A DNA stretch of 13,162 nucleotides from Polyangiales bacterium (GTDB taxonomy: Bacteria > Myxococcota_A > Polyangia > Polyangiales > Polyangiaceae), in contig JBBRLQ010000065.1 of the NCBI GenBank assembly GCA_038231275.1, forward strand, positions 1 to 13,162, given 5' to 3'. Made by a program: the position numbers and the translations under genes. Numbering within the stretch: the first letter of the stretch is position 1; each line of letters opens with the position of its first letter. Shown one piece after another: positions 1-7,513 of this stretch. Under the pieces are notes generated by a model. The model worked only from the letters and a program-made list of their open reading frames with translations, was not told the origin of the DNA and ran no database searches.

Positions 1-1
1 C

Positions 2-370
2 TCAGGTCCGCGCGGTGTTGATGCCGTGGAACTCGAGCGACGAACTGTTCGCCTCGCCGACGCTGGTGCCGAGGCCCGCCTTGCGCAGGTCGCCGGTGCA
101 CGTGTACGTCTTGCGCGCGAGCACGAAGTCGATCGTGATCTCGCCCTGCGCGTCGCAGATGCCGATCCAGTCGACCTCGAGGCCGGCGAGCGGAACGGCG
201 CTCTCGATGCTGACCGTGACCTTCTTCGGTCCGACCGAGTGGCCCGCGCGCCCGAGCAGCGACGTGTTGACGTCGTTGTTCTGCGAGTCGAAGTCGAAGT
301 CGATCTTCTTCGACTGCAGGATGTTGCGGCCGTTGTACCGGATGAAGCCGGGGCCTGAATAGAGCGCCAT
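2..370 (-). CDS. Tail tube protein (Mu gpM position), 122 aa
   Basis: ATG at 370 overlaps the sheath stop (TGATG). MALYSGPGFIRYNGRNILQ...LEFHG is the C-terminal part of track ORF 2..2026. Alternating beta-strand pattern, size and position directly after the sheath fit a tube protein. Confidence 0.85.
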   Translation of the reverse strand: MALYSGPGFIRYNGRNILQSKKIDFDFDSQNNDVNTSLLGRAGHSVGPKKVTVSIESAVPLAGLEVDWIGICDAQGEITIDFVLARKTYTCTGDLRKAGLGTSVGEANSSSLEFHGINTART

Positions 371-2004
371 CAGCCGCCTCCCTGCTGCATGACCAGGCCG
401 CCGATGATCGCGAGATCCGGCGTGGGCTGGCACGGGATGAAGCAGTCGACGCGGCCCGGCGTGACGGACGCCGAGACCGTGAGCGACGCCGCATCGTTGA
501 TGTCGACGTTGGTGACGAAGCCGCCCGCCTCGTAGGTTTTGTTGCGCGAATGGATCGCGGCCTCGATCGCGGACGGCGTGGTCACGCCGGCCTGCCGCGG
601 CGGCGTGCCGTCCGCCTGATCGGCGCCGAGCTTCTGGTTCGCGAAGAGCGAGCCGAGGTAGCTGCGCTGGTCGTCCGCGACGAAGTCGGGGACCGTGACG
701 TTGAAGGTCGACAGCACCGAGTAGTTCGGCGCGCTGCTGATCGTGAACAGCGACGTGATCGAGCGGACGCAGGCGACCTTCGGGCCGTTGCCGACCCAGT
801 CGAGCGGCGTGATCCCGCTGTTGAGGAGCGTCTCGATCGCGCCCTGCGTGAGCCGGTCGGTGACGTTCGCCTGCGCGACCGAGCCGACGTGGCGCAGGCC
901 GATGAGGTTCGCACCGGGGTTGCTCGCCTCGCCGACCACGACGCCGCCCGCGGCGTTGTCGCCGAAGATGCGGCCCGCGGCCTGCTGCGCCGCGAGCTCC
1001 TCGGCGGGCGTCGGGCTGACGGGCGCGAACACGATCTGCAACCGCGCGGCGTTCTGCGCGGCGGCGAGCGTGACGCAGTTGGCCTGCGTGCCGACGAAGC
1101 CGCAGATGGCCTGCTGGCGCAGCTGCGTCGTGATGCCCGCCGTGCTGTTGAGTTGCGTGACGAGCGCGGTGAGCTGCGTCGCCGAGCTGACGCGCTGCGC
1201 GCACGCCTGCACGTGGAACTGCGTCGACGCGACGGCCGCGAGCGCGGCGACGAGCGAGTCGTCGGTCGCGCCGTTGGCGAGCGAGAAGACGTTGCCGCTC
1301 GCGCCGAGCGACGCGACGCCGGTGCCGCCGAGCTGCGCGGTCGTGGCCGTCGCGGGCATCGGCGCGGCGATGGCCGCGAGCGTGACGAACGTCGCGGCGT
1401 TCGTGGTCGAGAGCCAGATCGCCTGGACCTGCAGGTCGTTGCCGCGGGTGCCGCCGTGCTTCGCCGGGAGCGTCACGACGCCCGCGGTGAACTGCGCGGT
1501 CATCGGCAGGTCGGGCAGGTTGAGGACGTTCTGCGCGACGGCCGCGGCGATCGTCGCGATGGCGTCGCCGGTGTTGACCGTCGTGTCGACGATCGTGCCG
1601 GCGAGCACGAGGCGCAGCGTGCACGCGCCGGTCGCGGCGTTCACGAACGTCAGCGTCGCGGCGGCCTTGGTGCCGGCCTCGGCGGTCGTGCAGACGCTGA
1701 CCGAGGTGCCGGGCGCCTGCGCGAGGAACGCCTTGACCATGCGGTGCGCCTCGGACCCGCGCCCGAAGAGCGACGCCGCGGTGTCGCTGTCGAACACCTC
1801 GACCGGGTTGGCGTCCGGCTGCGTGCCGGCGGCGACGGTGAACGACGGCGACGCGCCCGTCAGCGCGGCCGTGATCTTGTTGGCGTAGATCAGGCCGCGG
1901 CGGCGCGCGTCGCTGGCGCCGCTCGGCGAGGTGCCGAGCGAGACGCCGATGTACACGCCGGGCGTCTTGCGCGACGTCGGGAGGCCGGGGATCGCGAGCG
2001 GCAT
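370..2004 (-). CDS. Contractile tail sheath protein (Mu gpL-like), 544 aa
   Basis: N-terminal RKTPGVYI, SLFGRGSEAHRM, VTLPAKHGGTRGND, LLNSGITPL, RSIT and C-terminal PGRVD motifs match Mu-type sheath proteins. TGATG coupling at both ends. Confidence 0.93.
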   Translation of the reverse strand: MPLAIPGLPTSRKTPGVYIGVSLGTSPSGASDARRRGLIYANKITAALTGASPSFTVAAGTQPDANPVEVFDSDTAASLFGRGSEAHRMVKAFLAQAPGTSVSVCTTAEAGTKAAATLTFVNAATGACTLRLVLAGTIVDTTVNTGDAIATIAAAVAQNVLNLPDLPMTAQFTAGVVTLPAKHGGTRGNDLQVQAIWLSTTNAATFVTLAAIAAPMPATATTAQLGGTGVASLGASGNVFSLANGATDDSLVAALAAVASTQFHVQACAQRVSSATQLTALVTQLNSTAGITTQLRQQAICGFVGTQANCVTLAAAQNAARLQIVFAPVSPTPAEELAAQQAAGRIFGDNAAGGVVVGEASNPGANLIGLRHVGSVAQANVTDRLTQGAIETLLNSGITPLDWVGNGPKVACVRSITSLFTISSAPNYSVLSTFNVTVPDFVADDQRSYLGSLFANQKLGADQADGTPPRQAGVTTPSAIEAAIHSRNKTYEAGGFVTNVDINDAASLTVSASVTPGRVDCFIPCQPTPDLAIIGGLVMQQGGG

Positions 2005-2363
2005 CAGCGCACCTCGCGGTCGGCAAGGTTGGTGCGCGGGTGCTCGAGCACGAGCCCGTCGGCGACGACGAACTCCGCGGACGCGAGCGCGGTGGCGTTC
2101 TGCGCGCGCGCCTCGGCGGGCGCCGCGGGCGCCGCGGGCGCCGCGGGCAGCGCGTAGCCGTCCGGGTGCTCCGCGACGAGCGCGAGGTCGCCCACGATGA
2201 TCGCGCGGCGCGTCTCGGCGACGTCGTCGACGAGCTCGCCCTCGGGCAGCGGCGCGAAGTCGGGCGCGCGCGCGCGGCCGGCGTACGCGCCGGGCGGCGC
2301 GGTCCCGGACGCGTCGTAGCGTGGGAAGCGACCGTCCCCGACGGCCTTCACGTGGAGCAGCAT
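2004..2363 (-). CDS. Mu gp38-like (DUF2635-like) pre-sheath protein with Pro/Ala-linked C-terminal extension, 119 aa
   Basis: ATG at 2363 with GAGGA RBS at 2372-2376. LHVKAV and LPEGELVDDVAETRRAIIVGDL resemble the gp38 pattern. Immediately precedes the sheath. Confidence 0.65.
   Translation of the reverse strand: MLLHVKAVGDGRFPRYDASGTAPPGAYAGRARAPDFAPLPEGELVDDVAETRRAIIVGDLALVAEHPDGYALPAAPAAPAAPAEARAQNATALASAEFVVADGLVLEHPRTNLADREVR
2116..2148. repeat. 9-bp tandem repeat (gcgggcgcc, about 3.7 copies) encoding PAAPAAPAAPA
   Basis: Seen directly; in frame within the gp38-like gene. Confidence 0.85.
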
Positions 2364-2434
2364 GGGTGGTGTCCTCTGGGTGCGAGCGGAGAGCGGAGCG
2401 GCGGCCGGACGCGGTGCGCGGGATCGCGCGGGCG

Positions 2435-3061
2435 TCAGCCGGTCGAGAACTGGTCGACGGGATTGATCGGCGTCGGGTCGGCGGTCGGGTCGCCGGTGCG
2501 CAGGTTCACGTTGCCGACGATCGGGCCGATGGTCGGGAGGCCGTCGGCGGGGTCGGTCGCCTGCTCGACGACGCGCAGCGCCTCGAACGACACGGCGAGC
2601 ACGTAGACCTTGCCGCGCGCGATCAGCTCGTTGCGCGTCGCGACGTAGCGCACGCGGCGGCGGAGCCACGCATCGGCGTTCGAGAGGTACAGCGCGTTGA
2701 GCGCCGACAGCACCGCGCCCTGCAGCGTGTACAGGCCCGGCGCGCCGGTCGCCCCGACGAGCGCGTCGTCGAGCTCGCGCGGGTCCTCGAGCGCGAGCAG
2801 CACGTCGAAGTGCACCGCCGCGCGGTCCTCGACGTCGGTGCCCGCGGTGTCGACGTCGCGCGTGGACACCTCGTCGGCGAGGCGCAGGAGCGCGCACGGG
2901 TACTGCGCGACGACGGACGACAGGCCCTCGGCCGGGTCGACCGGGCCGGCCCAGCGGCCGACGAACGCGAACGGGTGCGCGTCGTCGGGCGGCCCGGCCT
3001 GCAGCGGCACGAGCGCCGCGTACAGCGCCGCGTCGACGTCGAAGAGCGTGGCGAGGGACAT
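2435..3061 (-). CDS. Putative tail terminator/neck protein (Mu gp37 position), 208 aa
   Basis: Clean ORF with high GC3. N-terminal helix (DVDAALYAAL), then YPCALL, FDVLL, GLYTL and VYVLAVSF strands, as in gp37/terminator folds. Synteny agrees. Confidence 0.7.
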   Translation of the reverse strand: MSLATLFDVDAALYAALVPLQAGPPDDAHPFAFVGRWAGPVDPAEGLSSVVAQYPCALLRLADEVSTRDVDTAGTDVEDRAAVHFDVLLALEDPRELDDALVGATGAPGLYTLQGAVLSALNALYLSNADAWLRRRVRYVATRNELIARGKVYVLAVSFEALRVVEQATDPADGLPTIGPIVGNVNLRTGDPTADPTPINPVDQFSTG

Positions 3062-3064
3062 GGG

Positions 3065-3301
3065 TCAGGTGGGGGCGTCGGGCCAGCGCCACGTGCCGGG
3101 CGCGCCGTCCGCGTCGAAGCGGACGCGAATCTCGCTCACGACGGGCGGGGACACGCTGGGCACGATGACGCCAACGTCGACGCACGAGGCGTCGTGCACG
3201 TGGCCGACGATCGCGGCGCGCGCCTCGGTGGTGCCCCACAGCGACAACTGCCAACCGCGCGGCGCGAAGAGAACTACGGCACCGACGTACGGCGTGCGCA
3301 T
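3065..3301 (-). CDS. Small hypothetical phage protein, 78 aa (predicted small beta-barrel)
   Basis: ATG at 3301 overlaps the upstream stop (TGATG); stop lies 3 nt before the next ATG. Sequence MRTPYVGAVVLF...AAIVGHV...PGTWRWP. Confidence 0.75.
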   Translation of the reverse strand: MRTPYVGAVVLFAPRGWQLSLWGTTEARAAIVGHVHDASCVDVGVIVPSVSPPVVSEIRVRFDADGAPGTWRWPDAPT

Positions 3302-3663
3302 CAGCGGATCCCCTGGAACGCCGCGTCGAGCGCGGCCTGCATCGCGGCGCTGGCGCGGTCCTCGGCGAAGACCCACGCCGGCTCGAGGAACTCGTAGCCG
3401 GGCGCCTCGTCGACGTACTGCGCGTAGTTGGTGTCGGCGATGACGCCGCCGATCAGGTTGCCGGCGCGCGCCGTCCCGACGACGCCCAGCGCGCGCGTCG
3501 CGCGCTGTAGGTCGCCGCTGCGATTCTGGTAGGTGTGGCGCGCCCGCGCTTCCGCGGCGACGGCGGCGGAGGCCGCGCGCATCCCGCGTTCGGCGCCGCG
3601 GTCGAGCGCGCGCGCCATGCGCTCGAGCTCGGCCTCGAGCCCGGTGAAGCGCGCGGAGATCAT
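3301..3663 (-). CDS. HK97 gp10-like / Mu gpG-like tail completion protein, 120 aa
   Basis: ATG at 3663 via TGATG overlap. Motifs HTYQNRSGDLQR, NYAQYV and FLEPA are typical of this family. Confidence 0.8.
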   Translation of the reverse strand: MISARFTGLEAELERMARALDRGAERGMRAASAAVAAEARARHTYQNRSGDLQRATRALGVVGTARAGNLIGGVIADTNYAQYVDEAPGYEFLEPAWVFAEDRASAAMQAALDAAFQGIR

Positions 3664-4136
3664 CAGAAGCCCGAGCTGCCCTGGCGGTCGGCGAGGTCGC
3701 CGTAGACGCGCGTGCTGTTGCCCGCGTCGTCGGTGTCCTCGGCGAGCAGGGCGCCCGGCTGCGCGCGCCCGCCGGCGGCCGTCACGGGCCGCGCGTCGTC
3801 GTCGCGCGTGAGGCTGTGGAAGAAGGTGCGCGCCTCGGCGTAGGCCTTGGCGTACGCGCCGACGGTCGGGTCGCTCGAGGCGTGGCGGCTCGCGGCGATG
3901 CCGTTGCAGACGTCGACGGTGAGCCCGACGATGCCCGCGTCGACGACGCCGCCGACCGCGTCGAGCCCGCCGGGAAACGACGCCCGCGTCCACATCTGGA
4001 CGCGGGAGTTGGCGTCGGCGACGCAGAGGGCGAGGAACGCGGGGTCGACCACGGCGCCGCCGCTCTTGGCGTACAGGCGCTTGAGCGCCTGGTCGCTCAG
4101 GGCGGCGACGACGTCGGTGGTCGCGATGATGGCCAC
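3663..4136 (-). CDS. Head-to-tail adaptor (Mu gp36/DUF1320-like), 157 aa
   Basis: GTG at 4136 with GAGGAG RBS at 4146-4151. TTDV...L..L, ADANSRV, YAEARTFF and terminal GF fit gp36. Lies two genes after the capsid. Confidence 0.75.
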   Translation of the reverse strand: MAIIATTDVVAALSDQALKRLYAKSGGAVVDPAFLALCVADANSRVQMWTRASFPGGLDAVGGVVDAGIVGLTVDVCNGIAASRHASSDPTVGAYAKAYAEARTFFHSLTRDDDARPVTAAGGRAQPGALLAEDTDDAGNSTRVYGDLADRQGSSGF

Positions 4137-4161
4137 GGGAGCGCGCTCCTCGCTCGGCGGC

Positions 4162-4386
4162 TCAGGCCGCGACGGTCTGGAAGTGGACGCCCTCGCGCCA
4201 GCCCTCGGCCTCGGGATGCAGCGGGTGCCCCTTGTCGTCGACGCGCGGCTCCCAGAGCGCGGCCGGCAACTCCTCGCCGGGCCGGTAGTAGTTGACGAGC
4301 GCGTCACCGCCCATCGCGTACGGCTTGCCGAGCTTGATCCTGGCGATGCGCCTGGTGAGCGCGCCCTTCTTCGGCTCCGCGCTCAC
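4162..4386 (-). CDS. Small hypothetical protein after the capsid gene (Mu gp35 position), 74 aa
   Basis: GTG start overlaps the capsid stop (GTGA), the ORF fills the gap, and it contains YRPGEEL. Confidence 0.7.
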   Translation of the reverse strand: MSAEPKKGALTRRIARIKLGKPYAMGGDALVNYYRPGEELPAALWEPRVDDKGHPLHPEAEGWREGVHFQTVAA

Positions 4387-5513
4387 GTGATCACGGTCGT
4401 GAGCAGGTAGCCCGTCGATCCTGCGCCGACGACCTTCTCGTCGTCCGCGTGCACGCCGATCTCGTACTCGCCGCCGAGGCCGCCGGCGAGGTCGTCACGG
4501 ACGCTGCGGAACTCGATCGGGGGCACGCCCTGCGTGCGCGCCGCCGAGACCAGCGCGCCGCCGCCCTCCACGCCCGCGAACCGGAAGGTGTACATGAAGG
4601 TCGCCGTCTCCATGATGTTCGGCTGCTCCTCGACCTTGAGCAGCGCGACGGCGTCGCGCGTCCAGATCGGCTGCAGGTTCTCGGCGCCGCCGTCGGGGCC
4701 GTTGTCGACGAGGCCCTTGAACACGACGACCTCGTCGAGCTCGAAGATCGACGCGAGCAGCGCCGCGTTCATGCGCGCGGGCGAGACCGTCGACATGCCG
4801 GCGTTCGTCGACAGGTCGCTCTGGATCATCAGCGCCGCGCGGCCCTGGATCAGCTCCTTGATGCGCGGGTGGCGGATCAGCGCGAGGAAGGCCTCGTGCC
4901 CGATCGCCATGCGGTTGGGCAGGATGCGCATCTGGCGGCGCGCGTCATCGATGACCTTGACCGGGTCGCTGGTCGGGTCGTCGAAGCGCGACGAGGCCGG
5001 TAGCGACAGCGTGCTGGTGCCGTAGTTCGCCGCCGTCGTCGCGACGGCCGCGACGCGGATCTCGCGGTTGAGCAGCAGCGCGTTCTTGACCTTCTTGGCG
5101 ACCTGCGCGCGCGGGTTCAGCGGCGCGTCGGCGTTGCGCAGCGTCGCGCCGGGGAGGAACCCCATGAGGCTGTAGTACCGGCAGTTGTAGTTGTCGGTGC
5201 TGAGCGCGGAGCCGACCGAGTTCGGGTTCGCCTCGGGCGAGACGAGCGACGGGTTCGGCGCCTGGAACATCTGCTTCTGGGGGATCACCCAGTACAGGTC
5301 CGAGAGCGCGTCGACGCGCACGAGCGGCGCGATGCGGTCCGCCATGTACTCGCGGTTGGGGTACGCCGCGACCATGTTGGTCAGCGGCCGGTTGATGTGC
5401 ACCGTCTCGGGCGAGAGGGCCGAGGCCGCCGCGCCGGCGCCGTCGAACAGGCGCGCAGGGGTCCGCTGCACCCCGCCCGCCGCGTCGCCGCGCGTGAGGA
5501 TCAATTCACTCAT
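4383..5513 (-). CDS. Major capsid protein (HK97 fold, lambda gpE-like type), 376 aa
   Basis: LTNMVAAYPNREYMADRIAPLVRV, LLLNREIRVA, FDDPTSDPV, PNRMAIG, LIRHPRI, IW, FMYTF and GYL motifs. AAGGA RBS upstream. Follows protease and decoration genes. Confidence 0.93.
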   Translation of the reverse strand: MSELILTRGDAAGGVQRTPARLFDGAGAAASALSPETVHINRPLTNMVAAYPNREYMADRIAPLVRVDALSDLYWVIPQKQMFQAPNPSLVSPEANPNSVGSALSTDNYNCRYYSLMGFLPGATLRNADAPLNPRAQVAKKVKNALLLNREIRVAAVATTAANYGTSTLSLPASSRFDDPTSDPVKVIDDARRQMRILPNRMAIGHEAFLALIRHPRIKELIQGRAALMIQSDLSTNAGMSTVSPARMNAALLASIFELDEVVVFKGLVDNGPDGGAENLQPIWTRDAVALLKVEEQPNIMETATFMYTFRFAGVEGGGALVSAARTQGVPPIEFRSVRDDLAGGLGGEYEIGVHADDEKVVGAGSTGYLLTTVIT

Positions 5514-5540
5514 TTGGGTTGTCCTTGAGGGGGTGGGCGA

Positions 5541-6335
5541 TCAGCCCTGGAACATGAACGGACCGACCATCACGAGGCCCTGCGCGGGCGCGACGGTGGC
5601 CTGCATCGAGGTGCCGACGCAGTGCGTGTTGGTGCCGGCAACGGGCGCCGCGACCTTGCCGCTGCCCGCGACGCCGAACACCGCGACGTTGGCGCCGCGC
5701 GTGAGGTTGCCGCCGGAGATGAGCGAGGCCGGGCCGCGCGTGCAGACGAGGATCGGCGACGCGGCGCCCGCGGCGGCCGTGAGCGAGACGCCCAGCACGC
5801 CGAGCACCGGGTCCGCGCCGGCCGGGAGGTTGACGCGCAGGTCGACCGCGGGGTCCGCGACGACGATGAGGTTCGCGCCGATCGCCGCGTTGGCGACCAT
5901 CGGGACGACCTGCACCGTGTTGCTCGCCTCCGGGATCAGCAGCGCGAGGACGACCGTGCCGCTCACGGCGGCGGTCGCCGCCGTGAGCGCGATGCCGACG
6001 ATCGCGGACTGCGCGAGCGCGAGCGAGATCGTCGCGACCTCGCCGAGCACGGACGCGACGACGAGCGTGTCGCCGATCGCGATCGACGCGCCGGGCAGCA
6101 CGCGGACGCGGTGGGTGCCCGTGAACGCGACGCTCGCGGCGCGGCCCGCGGCGGCCGTCGCGGCCGTGCCGTCGAGGCGCGTGACCACGCCGACGACGGC
6201 CTCGCGGAAGCCGGCCTGCGGCAGGCGGCAGCGGCCCGCGCCGGTGATCGAGCCGATGACGCACTGGCCGCCCAGGACGTCGACCTCGGGGATGAGCGGG
6301 ACGCCCGACGTCGGGTTGGAAGCTACTTCGCCCAT
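5541..6335 (-). CDS. Capsid decoration/cement protein with two tandem DUF2190-like domains, 264 aa
   Basis: Rich in G/A/V and located between scaffold and capsid. Both halves show the pattern (V/L)GV...G...G(A/G)x(I/L)xxG...VGxx(L/M)xA. Confidence 0.75.
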   Translation of the reverse strand: MGEVASNPTSGVPLIPEVDVLGGQCVIGSITGAGRCRLPQAGFREAVVGVVTRLDGTAATAAAGRAASVAFTGTHRVRVLPGASIAIGDTLVVASVLGEVATISLALAQSAIVGIALTAATAAVSGTVVLALLIPEASNTVQVVPMVANAAIGANLIVVADPAVDLRVNLPAGADPVLGVLGVSLTAAAGAASPILVCTRGPASLISGGNLTRGANVAVFGVAGSGKVAAPVAGTNTHCVGTSMQATVAPAQGLVMVGPFMFQG

Positions 6336-6339
6336 GGGA

Positions 6340-6924
6340 TCAGCCCGTCCTTCCGTGCTGCTTCAGGATCCGGCTCGCGTCGCCGTACGAGGTCGCGAGG
6401 TCGAGGTCCTTGTTGTCGGCGCGGAGCTTCGTCGCGACGAGCTCGATGGCCTCGTCGTACGGCAGCACCGTGGTGTCGATCGGGCCGTCGCTCGGCTTGC
6501 CCGCGGGCGGCGCGGCGACGTGGCTCTTGAGCAGCGCGCGGACCTCGTCGCTCGCGCGCGGCGGCGCGGTCAGGGCCGCGAGGCCGGGGAAGCGCGCGGA
6601 GAGCGCGGCGCCCTTGCCCGCGGGGGCGCGGAGCGCGGCGATCTGCGCGCCGTAGAGCTTGCCGAACGTCTTGCGCGACGTCAGGAACAGCTCGACGGCG
6701 GCCTCGATCGCGTCGTCGCCCTCGATCGCGCCGGCGGCGCTGAGCGCCGCGACGGTCTCGAGCGCCTCGTTCTTGAGCGACGCGGCCTGCGCCGTCTCGA
6801 GCGCGGCGTGCGCGCTCTTGAGCGCGGCGTGCTCGGTCGCGAGCTTGTCGCGCTCCGCCTTGACCGCCGCGAGCTCACTGGCGAGCGCGGAGTCGGCGGG
6901 CGCAGCGGTCTGCGGTTCAGCCAT
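6340..6924 (-). CDS. Nested in-frame scaffolding protein (Mu gpZ-like), 194 aa
   Basis: In-frame ATG at 6924 (MAEPQTAA) with GAGGA at 6932-6936, 7 nt upstream, right after the protease domain. Same arrangement as Mu I/Z. Confidence 0.75.
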   Translation of the reverse strand: MAEPQTAAPADSALASELAAVKAERDKLATEHAALKSAHAALETAQAASLKNEALETVAALSAAGAIEGDDAIEAAVELFLTSRKTFGKLYGAQIAALRAPAGKGAALSARFPGLAALTAPPRASDEVRALLKSHVAAPPAGKPSDGPIDTTVLPYDEAIELVATKLRADNKDLDLATSYGDASRILKQHGRTG

Positions 6925-7491
6925 GGGTGAGTCCTCTTCGGTGGGGGCGTGGGCGGTCGCTGCGAGCGGCTGCATGCCGAGCAGAAACGGGTTGTTCGTG
7001 ATCGCCACGGACGACAGCGCGGCGCCGATCGGCTTGCCGGTCACGCGGTCGCGGGCGTTGAAAACGAGGGCGGGCGAGAGGTAGCGGTAGCGGCCGGCGC
7101 GGACGTACTCGACGGCCTGCGCGTCGACCCACTCGAACAGGCCCCACAGCTCGCGCCCGTCGGCGCGGACCTCGAGCGCGGTGACCCACGCGACCGCGGG
7201 CGCGCCGCCCTGCGCGACGCCGCCCTCCATCGTCTCGCTGGTGTGCTCGTAGTCGACCGCGACGGCGCCGTTGGCGGCGCGCGCGAGGTTCGTCATGAGC
7301 TCGGCGAAGACCTGCGCGGTGAACTCGAACGCGCCGCCGCGGTGGCCCTTGAACGCCCCCGCGACGGCGACCTGGTTCCAGGTCTTCGACGCAGGCCGGA
7401 GCCCCTCGTCGGCGGCGCAGGTGATCGCGCACGATGGCGCGCGCAGCGTCGCCGGCGCCGGGCCTGCGTCGCGCTTCGTCGTATTGGTCAT
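6340..7491 (-). CDS. Prohead maturation protease-scaffold (Mu gpI-like), 383 aa
   Basis: VDYEH, APAVAW, LWG..EW, YRYLSP and AITNNPFL.GM.PL are hallmark Mu-like protease motifs. C-terminal half is helical and Ala-rich. Confidence 0.93.
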   Translation of the reverse strand: MTNTTKRDAGPAPATLRAPSCAITCAADEGLRPASKTWNQVAVAGAFKGHRGGAFEFTAQVFAELMTNLARAANGAVAVDYEHTSETMEGGVAQGGAPAVAWVTALEVRADGRELWGLFEWVDAQAVEYVRAGRYRYLSPALVFNARDRVTGKPIGAALSSVAITNNPFLLGMQPLAATAHAPTEEDSPMAEPQTAAPADSALASELAAVKAERDKLATEHAALKSAHAALETAQAASLKNEALETVAALSAAGAIEGDDAIEAAVELFLTSRKTFGKLYGAQIAALRAPAGKGAALSARFPGLAALTAPPRASDEVRALLKSHVAAPPAGKPSDGPIDTTVLPYDEAIELVATKLRADNKDLDLATSYGDASRILKQHGRTG

Positions 7492-7513
7492 GTCGGGTGC
7501 CTCGGTCGGTCGG

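Noticed and set aside
371..2026. N-terminal part of the 674-aa ORF 2..2026 as a sheath-overlapping protein or sheath-tube fusion
   Set aside because: Arg-rich off-frame reading of the sheath gene. The real start is the TGATG-coupled ATG at 370. The same applies to the over-extended track ORFs 2004..3254, 3301..3993, 11163..12176, 11477..12577 and 12193..13104.
2364..2434. Short hairpin GCGCG-ggat-CGCGC (2416-2429) and GAGCGGA repeats as a terminator
   Set aside because: Only a 5-bp GC stem with no U-tract; expected by chance at this composition.
2..3061. Tailocin, eCIS or T6SS interpretation of the sheath and tube
   Set aside because: A complete terminase, portal, protease and capsid set is in the same operon.
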